Source: Chthonomonadales bacterium (GTDB lineage Bacteria > Armatimonadota > Chthonomonadetes > Chthonomonadales > CAJBBX01). From it: DNA of 64,000 nucleotides. Positions 55,427 to 61,993 of this stretch are shown here, one piece after another. The translations under genes were made by a program, and so were the position numbers. The notes beneath the pieces are model-generated. The model was not told where the DNA came from and did no database searches. It saw only the letters and a list, made by a program, of their open reading frames with translations. How positions within the stretch are numbered: position 1 is the stretch's first letter; the number at the start of each line of letters is the position of its first letter. The stretch lies in NCBI GenBank assembly GCA_037443035.1, contig JBBIPC010000007.1, positions 96,001 to 160,000 of the forward strand. The letters run 5' to 3'.

Positions 55427-56149
55427 ATGATGGGCGTTGAGGGACGGGAGGGACATCGGGACAGGGGTGGTCGTGGCGACGAGGAGGAGGGGCTGATTCC
55501 TAAACATGGGGGCTTCCGGCGGCTGAAGAGCTTCCAGGTGGCCCAACTCGCCTACGATTTCACCGTCCTGTTCTGCGACCGCCTGGTGGATCGTCGGAGC
55601 CGGACCCACGACCAGATGGTCCAGGCGGCCCGCTCGGGAGTGCAGAACATCGCCGAAGGGAGCGTGGCCAGCGGCACCTCGAAGAAGATGGAGCTGAAGC
55701 TTACGAATGTGGCACGGGCCAGTCTGGAGGAACTGCGGCTGGACTACGAGGACTTTCTGCGACAACGCGGCCTCCCGCTGTGGGCTCCCGATGACCCTCG
55801 AAGGAAGGAGCTCGTCGCGCGGCGCTGTCGGAGCGCCGAAGAGGTGGTGGGGTGGATTCGGGAGGTCAGGGCGAGGTATGGACGAGATGGGCAGGATAGA
55901 CGGCATGGACCAGATGGACGGGATGGAGAGGACGAACAGGATGGACCGTCCATGGAGTCCATGCCGTCCATAACTCCCAGCCCTCGCCCCTCCTACGAAG
56001 AGCTCGCGGCGAATGCGGCACATGTGCTGGTGGGCGTGGCAATGGCGCTGCTGGAGCGGCAGTTGGCGGCGCAGGCCGAGGCCTTCGAACGCGATGGCGG
56101 GCTCACCGAGCGTCTCTACCGCATACGATCGCGGCGGAAGGGGCGGTGA
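55427..56149 (+). CDS. four-helix-bundle protein with suffix domain (TIGR02436/TIGR04258-like)
   Basis: LIPKHGGFRRLKSFQ, RTHDQMVQAARSGVQNIAEGS, KLTNVARASLEELRLDYEDFLRQRGL, FERDGGLTERL. Confidence 0.9.
   Translation: MMGVEGREGHRDRGGRGDEEEGLIPKHGGFRRLKSFQVAQLAYDFTVLFCDRLVDRRSRTHDQMVQAARSGVQNIAEGSVASGTSKKMELKLTNVARASLEELRLDYEDFLRQRGLPLWAPDDPRRKELVARRCRSAEEVVGWIREVRARYGRDGQDRRHGPDGRDGEDEQDGPSMESMPSITPSPRPSYEELAANAAHVLVGVAMALLERQLAAQAEAFERDGGLTERLYRIRSRRKGR
55878..55974. repeat. 9-nt period tandem repeat with inverted arm, inside the CDS
   Basis: about 8 x ATGGACnnn (degenerate) then 3 x GTCCATnnn. Confidence 0.85.
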
Positions 56150-56234
56150 ACGCCTTTCATGGAATCCACCGTGGAATCCGCCGCCCTGGGCGGTCGGTGC
56201 GGCATTCGCCACCGCTCAGAAACCCATGCCGTCC

Positions 56235-56293
56235 GTAGGGGCGGCCCCCGTGGCCGCCCAGCAGAGGGGGCAGGCACAGGGGCCTGCCCCTAC
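56235..56293. repeat. GTAG-family REP doublet (REPIN-like)
   Basis: GTAGGGGCGGCCCCCGTGGCCGCCC-agcagag-GGGGCAGGCACAGGGGCCTGCCCCTAC: two inverted palindromes with GTAG/CTAC feet. Confidence 0.75.
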
Positions 56294-56538
56294 GTTGACA
56301 TGGGTGGCAGGGTGCTGCAGTACACGCCGACCATGGCGGACCACGTCGAGCCTTGCCGCCAGTATCTTTCCCCAAAATATCATGTATTATAGGGATAAGT
56401 AGGTTTCCCTTTGCGTGGCAGGGCGACACGGCCCATGGGTATCAGCAGGCAGCAGGCAGACTCCCTGTTTGGGTCCTGTGCGTTGTACTTGCAGGTCCCA
56501 GGATATGCCGCGGCTCTCTGTAGCGGAGGTGCGGGTCC

Positions 56539-59511
56539 GTGATCCAGCCATGGAGGCTCCGACTCCTCGGTACCTTCGAACTGTCCAACGGCGACGTCCG
56601 TTACGAGCGTTGCAGGACGGCGAAGATGGAGGCCATGCTGGCGTACCTCGGTTGGCATCTGGGCTCCTCCTGCTCCCGCGAGCAGCTCGCGGACATGCTT
56701 TGGCCAGACAGCGAGATCGAAGCCGCATCCGTTAACCTTCGGGTCGCCATCAACTCCCTCCGCCAGCAACTCGAACCTCTAGGCGTTGTCCGCGGCTCGG
56801 TTCTGTCGAACGTGGGCCGCTCCAAGATTGCGCTCAATCCCGAGATCGTCACTTGCGACGTCGTGGACTTTCGGAGGCTCCTCAAGAGACGTCCTGACAT
56901 GACGCGTGAGGAGCGCCAGGCGAATCTTCTCGCGGCCCTCGATGTCTACGACGGTGAGCTGATGCCAGGCCACTACGAGGACTTCATCGAAGAGGAACGG
57001 CATCGCCTGGCCGCGGAGTTCATGGATGCCCTCCAGGAGCTGTCAGACCTGCTCAAGGACACGCAGGACCTGGACACCGCCATCAAGGTCGCCAGGCGCA
57101 AGGCAGACGAGAATCCGTACGACGAAGATGCTCAGTGCGAGTTGATGAACCTCCTCACGCTCGCCGGCAGACACGATGAGGTGCTGCAGCGCTACGAGCG
57201 CATCGAGCGTCTCTACGCCGAGGAGGATATGGGCTCGCCTCCGGGCCAAGTCCGGAAGCTCTACGAAGATGCCGTAGCCGCGTCCGGTCGGCGTCGTCCT
57301 GTACCGTCCCAGATGCAACCGTCGAGACCCCCGACGCCGCTTGTCGGCAGAGCGCCCATCCAGCCTGTACCCGTCGAGCAACCACCTGCCGTGACCCCCG
57401 ATCATTACCTGTCGCGAGCGTCCGGCCGTCCACCAGCGGTTCGCCCCAGGACGGTACCGCTGCCCAAGCCCCTGACGCGGTTCTTCGGACGGGAAACGGA
57501 GCTTGCCGAGCTGGAAGCCATCGTTCGCAGCGGTGAACACAGGCTCATCACCATCACCGGTATGGGAGGCATCGGCAAGACGCGCCTATCGGTGGAGTTT
57601 GGCCGACGCTACAGCGAGACAGGGGAACGTCACGTGGCCTTCATTCCCCTGGCCGAGCTGGTTGCGGGCGATGAGATTCCGCCCAGGCTGGCTAGCGTTC
57701 TCGGTATGAGCGTGGCCCAGGGCATCGAGGTTCTCACCCAGGTCGAGCAGTTCCTGTCCACCGAGCCCTGGCTTCTCATTTTCGACAATGTCGAGCAGGT
57801 CGCGACAGGGGCCACCGACGTGATCCTGCGGTTGCTCGAGAACGTGCCGACGCTGTGCGTACTGGCCACGTCGCGCCATGCGCTGGAGATCATGGGCGAA
57901 CGGCAGTTGCCGCTGGATCCGCTACCCGTGCCCGAAGGTCCCGATTCGCCAGAAGCGCTCTTGCGCTATCCGTCCGTCCAGCTATTCGTGGACAGAGCAG
58001 CGGAGGTGGCTTGCGACCTGCGCGTGACCCCCCGGAACGCGGCTGATATCGTCAGGCTCTGCCGAGAGCTGGAAGGGCTGCCTCTCTCCCTGGAGCTCGC
58101 CGCTGGATGGGCCGCCGACCTCACCCTGGCCCAGATGGTAGCCCGTCTCGCCAACAAGTTCGATCTGCTCGTTGGCCGACGGGTCGGCTTGCCTGCGAGG
58201 CAGGCGAGCCTGCTGGCGTCCATGGAGTGGAGTTACCGTCTGCTAACGCCCGAGCTGCAGCGCATCTACGGCATGGTGTCCGTGTTCCACGGAGGATGGA
58301 CGCTGGAAGCGCTGGACAAGGTCTGCGGGGTAAGGAACGGACTCCATATCATGGCGGAGCTACGAACCCGCTCCATGGTTACCGCTGACCGGACCAGCGA
58401 CGAGACGCGCTACGGCATGCTGGAGGTGCTCCGGGAGTTCGCGCGAGAGAAGCTGGACGAGGCCGACCGGCCATTCCTGGCCAACCGGCACGCGACGTAC
58501 TTCGGGGCGCTGGCGGAAGAGGCGTACCCGCATCTCCGCGCCGGCTCCCAATCGGAATGGCTGGACCGCATGCAGCGGGAGAATGGCAATCTTCGCGCCG
58601 CGCTGGAATGGTCGTTGGAACACAACCCCGCGGACGGTCTCCGCATGGCGCGTCATGTCTTCCCCTACTGGACCATTCGAGGCCACTGGTCGGAGGCCCG
58701 CCGCCTGCTGACATTAGCCTCCAAGACCGCGGAACAACACGGCGGCCGGGCAGCGGTGGCGGAGCTTACGGGATTCGCTGGTGTCGCAGCCATGGCGGCA
58801 GGAGACACGAAGACCTCACTCTCCCTTGCAGAGCGAAGCGTGGCCCTCTGGCGCGAGATCGGTGATGAGCGTGGCCTCCTGGTGGCCCTCAATAATCTCG
58901 CACTGGCCAAGCAGGCAGCAGGCGACCTGGCCGGGGCTGCTGCTGTCTATGAGGAGGCTATGCCTTTGACGGCAGATTCCAGCGACCGCCTGACGGCCGA
59001 TCTCCTCACGAACTACGCCACGCTGCTTCTGATGCGAGGCGACGCTGCGTCGGCTAAGCGGCTCACCGAACGGGCTCTGCAGCTCCACGAGGCCAGAGGT
59101 GACCGATGGGCGGCGTCTCTTGCCAGGGCAAATCTCGGAGACATTGCCGCCGAGGAAGAAGACGCAGATGCTGCGTGGTGCAGATACGGCGATGCGCTTC
59201 CCGGACTTGTCATGTGCGGCGATCTCCCTCACTCGGCACGCGTTCTCCGCCAGCTCGCGGCAGTTGCCGCCTACGTCGGGCGTCATCGTCAGGCCGCATT
59301 GCTCGCTGGATGCGCAGCAGCCATCCAGGAGCGCTCTGGACAGCCAGCCAGCGCCGCAGAAGCGGAGGGACTGGCGGATACCATCGCCACGATCCAGAAT
59401 TCGCTTCCCGATGCTGAGTTCCATGCCGCCTGGGCCGAAGGCGCCGCCATGAGCCTGGAGGACGTGGTCCACCTCGTCACCGACACCGCCGTCTTACCGA
59501 CAACCACCTGA
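56539..59511 (+). CDS. AfsR/SARP-type regulator: OmpR-like wHTH, BTAD, NB-ARC (STAND) ATPase, TPR
   Basis: LRLLGTF...REQLADMLWP...NLRVAINSLR; NPYDE BTAD; FFGRETEL, GMGGIGKT, LLIFDNVE, EGLPLSLELAA; C-terminal TPR-like helices. Confidence 0.93.
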   Translation: MIQPWRLRLLGTFELSNGDVRYERCRTAKMEAMLAYLGWHLGSSCSREQLADMLWPDSEIEAASVNLRVAINSLRQQLEPLGVVRGSVLSNVGRSKIALNPEIVTCDVVDFRRLLKRRPDMTREERQANLLAALDVYDGELMPGHYEDFIEEERHRLAAEFMDALQELSDLLKDTQDLDTAIKVARRKADENPYDEDAQCELMNLLTLAGRHDEVLQRYERIERLYAEEDMGSPPGQVRKLYEDAVAASGRRRPVPSQMQPSRPPTPLVGRAPIQPVPVEQPPAVTPDHYLSRASGRPPAVRPRTVPLPKPLTRFFGRETELAELEAIVRSGEHRLITITGMGGIGKTRLSVEFGRRYSETGERHVAFIPLAELVAGDEIPPRLASVLGMSVAQGIEVLTQVEQFLSTEPWLLIFDNVEQVATGATDVILRLLENVPTLCVLATSRHALEIMGERQLPLDPLPVPEGPDSPEALLRYPSVQLFVDRAAEVACDLRVTPRNAADIVRLCRELEGLPLSLELAAGWAADLTLAQMVARLANKFDLLVGRRVGLPARQASLLASMEWSYRLLTPELQRIYGMVSVFHGGWTLEALDKVCGVRNGLHIMAELRTRSMVTADRTSDETRYGMLEVLREFAREKLDEADRPFLANRHATYFGALAEEAYPHLRAGSQSEWLDRMQRENGNLRAALEWSLEHNPADGLRMARHVFPYWTIRGHWSEARRLLTLASKTAEQHGGRAAVAELTGFAGVAAMAAGDTKTSLSLAERSVALWREIGDERGLLVALNNLALAKQAAGDLAGAAAVYEEAMPLTADSSDRLTADLLTNYATLLLMRGDAASAKRLTERALQLHEARGDRWAASLARANLGDIAAEEEDADAAWCRYGDALPGLVMCGDLPHSARVLRQLAAVAAYVGRHRQAALLAGCAAAIQERSGQPASAAEAEGLADTIATIQNSLPDAEFHAAWAEGAAMSLEDVVHLVTDTAVLPTTT

Positions 59512-59673
59512 GCCTCCGCCTTCCGGTCACGCCTGACAGCCGGTCATCGAACCGGAATGGTGGTCCGGCTTCCCTCAGCGGGAGGTGCACCTTCGCCTGA
59601 CCCCTGTCTTCGTATCCTGCCCTCGATCTGGCGTCTCCGTTTAATGCACGTTTCCCAAAATCGGCAGGTCCGG

Positions 59674-59705
59674 TGAACGCTGCCTGAACGTCCGGTCCGT
59701 ACACT
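59674..59705 (+). promoter_or_regulatory. SARP-type promoter: heptamer direct repeats 8 nt upstream of a -10 box
   Basis: TGAACGC-N4-TGAACGT-N8-TACACT; no canonical -35; weaker in-phase TTAATGC at 59641. Confidence 0.7.
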
Positions 59706-59746
59706 AGCGCCAGATGTTCACAATCAAGAGACAGGAGGATCCATCC

Positions 59747-60145
59747 ATGATCACCCGAACGCACTGCATCGTCTTGGTCGCCCTGGCGGCCCTGTTCGCG
59801 GCTTTCGCCTGCGCTGATCCTGCGACCTTGGCCATTGGCAGGCCCAATCCAATCGTCATTCCCACCGGCAACGTCATCGACCCTAGCGCCGTGACGGGTG
59901 GGGACAGCGCCCAGTGCACGATCACGCTCAGCGGGACCGTGGAGGGTGAGGATCAGGTCGTCAACCTCGAAACCGACCATCCCGAAGTCTACAGCGACTT
60001 CCCCAGCAGCGTCGTCGTTCCCGTGGGCTATGACAGCGTCACCTTCACTCTGAACACCGTCTCGGTGTCGGGATCCGTCCAGACCACCGTGACTGCTAGC
60101 TGCAATGGAGGACAGGCTCAGGGCACTCTCACCGTCAATCCGTAA
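59747..60145 (+). CDS. small secreted single Ig-like (beta-sandwich) domain protein
   Basis: CAGGAGG RBS; signal peptide; PSAVTGG..CTITLSG...PSSVVVP.G.DSVTFTLNT.....TTVTAS.NG....TLTVNP. Confidence 0.8.
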   Translation: MITRTHCIVLVALAALFAAFACADPATLAIGRPNPIVIPTGNVIDPSAVTGGDSAQCTITLSGTVEGEDQVVNLETDHPEVYSDFPSSVVVPVGYDSVTFTLNTVSVSGSVQTTVTASCNGGQAQGTLTVNP

Positions 60146-60171
60146 CCACCCTATTACAGCGAGTCAATCGT

Positions 60172-61203
60172 ATGGGAATCGTATACGGGCACGGCTGGAG
60201 CCGTGCTGAAGAGGAGCTTTACGTCCCCGGCGACAGGTCCAGGCCGGATCCGCAGGGAGACCGGGACCTCATGCCGCGGGCGCCGAGATGGGATCAGGAG
60301 GAGGCCAGGGCAGCCCTCCGAAGACAGGTGCTAGATCACCTGGCATCGCCCGACGGCGTCCTGGTCCTCCTGGAGGCAGAGTTCATCAAGGAAAGCAGCG
60401 GGTACGTCGGCACCCAGCGTCACGCCGACTACGACCTGGGCCGCATCGAGCACCGCCAGACCGGCGTCTTCCTGGCCTATGCTGGGCCACAGGGGGAAGG
60501 CTATCTGGACCGCGAGCTATTCCTGCCGCGGTGCTGGACCGAGCGGGAGAAGCTCCGCCTGGCCGCTGGCATGCCTCCTCAGGTGACCTACGCGACGCTG
60601 CCACAGATGGCACGGCGCATGCTGGAACGGGCCCTGGAAGCCGAGGTGCCCCATGGCTGTATCGTGGGCGGCGCGACGTTCGGCGCAGATGCCGGTCTTC
60701 GCCTCTGGCTGGAGGAGCGGCAGGAATCGTACCTCCTCGGCATACCAGGTCGGGAAGTCATCCGCGTAGGCTCGACAAGTCTGCGAGCTGATGCCGTCGT
60801 GAGTGTCTGGCCGAAGGAAGCGTGGCTTCCAGCGCCCGAATCCGGTGCAGCCGCTCGAGGCGAAGCCTGGGGTAGTATCCAGGTTCGCTCCAGCGTACCC
60901 ACTGGTTGGGAACGTTGGCTCGTGGCACGCCGTCTCACGTGGGACTCTGGCGCCACGGACCTCTACCTGGCATTCGTCAGGGAAGGGTCTGCTCTGGAGC
61001 AGATCTCCAGAGCCACGGAATCCGCTCGACGGACGGCCATCAACCTGCGCGAAGCACGCCGCGTGGGTGGGCTCGACCGCTTCAGCGGTAGGTCGTGGGA
61101 GGCCTGGTACCGACACATGACGGTCACCCTCATGGCCCACGCCCTTCGCAACATCGTCTCTCGGCCCCATCCAACCATGAAGCCGGGGTGGGAAACCCAC
61201 TGA
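60172..61203 (+). CDS. IS701-family (DDE_5) transposase homolog, predicted catalytically inactive
   Basis: RWD..., GRIEHRQTGVFLAY, LDRELFLP..W, RMLERAL, LRLWLEER, GLDRFSGRSWEAWYRH all match IS701; D/D/E positions read L/G/A; no flanking inverted repeats seen. Confidence 0.8.
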   Translation: MGIVYGHGWSRAEEELYVPGDRSRPDPQGDRDLMPRAPRWDQEEARAALRRQVLDHLASPDGVLVLLEAEFIKESSGYVGTQRHADYDLGRIEHRQTGVFLAYAGPQGEGYLDRELFLPRCWTEREKLRLAAGMPPQVTYATLPQMARRMLERALEAEVPHGCIVGGATFGADAGLRLWLEERQESYLLGIPGREVIRVGSTSLRADAVVSVWPKEAWLPAPESGAAARGEAWGSIQVRSSVPTGWERWLVARRLTWDSGATDLYLAFVREGSALEQISRATESARRTAINLREARRVGGLDRFSGRSWEAWYRHMTVTLMAHALRNIVSRPHPTMKPGWETH

Positions 61204-61232
61204 TTTCCGGGCAGCCCACCCCGGTCTTTTTC
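61183..61232 (+). terminator. intrinsic terminator overlapping the transposase-like gene end
   Basis: CCGGGGTGGG...CCCACCCCGG followed by TCTTTTTT. Confidence 0.6.
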
Positions 61233-61236
61233 GTGC

Positions 61237-61947
61237 CTAGCCTCTGACGACGGCCTCGATCACTTCCTGGTCCCAGCCGAACAGGCGCCGCCAGTCGAGG
61301 GGCTTCATCTGCACGCCCAGGCTCCGCAACCGTTCGGCCACAGTACGGGCGGCATCGTGAGGCCGGAGCCTGGCCGCTTGGGCAAGGACCTCCGGGATCC
61401 AATCCTCTACCAGTCCCCAGCGGTACCCGTACGTGCCGCGTGTACGTCCGGTGATGCCCGTCTTGCAGATCTGGAACAGAGCGCACAGCGATGTGACCGC
61501 TCGATCGAATGCCGGACGGCTGGAGGGAGACGCAAGGCCCGCTTCTCGTCGCAGCTCGCCGGTGGTGAGTTGCCGATGCCGAACGAGCGCTTCGTAGACA
61601 CGGAGCGCCTCGGCGGTCAAGGTACCACGCTCGTGAAACGTATAGGGATCCACATCGCCCAGGGCGGCGATGACCGCCGGAAGGAAACCCATGGCCACGA
61701 ACGTCGGTCGGCCGCCGAGCAGCTTGCCGTAGTAGAGGCGCTTCGCTTCGTGAAGATCATCCTTCCAGAACCACGTATCCCAGATGTCGTCCGGCTTGGC
61801 GAGGTCCATCTTCTCGGCCAGATTCGGGAAGTCCAGCGTCTCTAGCGGTCGCCAGAGGCAGATGCCCGCCGCATCGAGGAACTCCACGAACCCGTCCTCG
61901 TCCTCCACCGGGCACGGTCCCAGTTCTCTCCACTTAGGTCGCCCCAT
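61237..61947 (-). CDS. AlkZ-related winged-helix protein
   Basis: WFWKDDL...LYYGKLLGGRPTFV, VYEAL...LTTGELRREAGL...FDRAVTSL wHTH; start at ATG 61947. Confidence 0.65.
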   Translation of the reverse strand: MGRPKWRELGPCPVEDEDGFVEFLDAAGICLWRPLETLDFPNLAEKMDLAKPDDIWDTWFWKDDLHEAKRLYYGKLLGGRPTFVAMGFLPAVIAALGDVDPYTFHERGTLTAEALRVYEALVRHRQLTTGELRREAGLASPSSRPAFDRAVTSLCALFQICKTGITGRTRGTYGYRWGLVEDWIPEVLAQAARLRPHDAARTVAERLRSLGVQMKPLDWRRLFGWDQEVIEAVVRG

Positions 61948-61993
61948 GCCTTCATCATACCGCGGTCCGGCGGAACCGACGGAAGGAAGGGTT

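Noticed and set aside
55878..55974. CRISPR array
   Set aside because: Unit is 9 nt with no spacers, lies inside a CDS, and no cas genes are present
55427..56293. Diversity-generating retroelement, suggested by the Avd-like four-helix-bundle gene and hairpins
   Set aside because: No reverse transcriptase and no template/variable repeat pair with adenine-specific mismatches in the window
60146..61236. Active IS701 insertion sequence
   Set aside because: No terminal inverted repeats or target duplication visible and the catalytic residues appear absent
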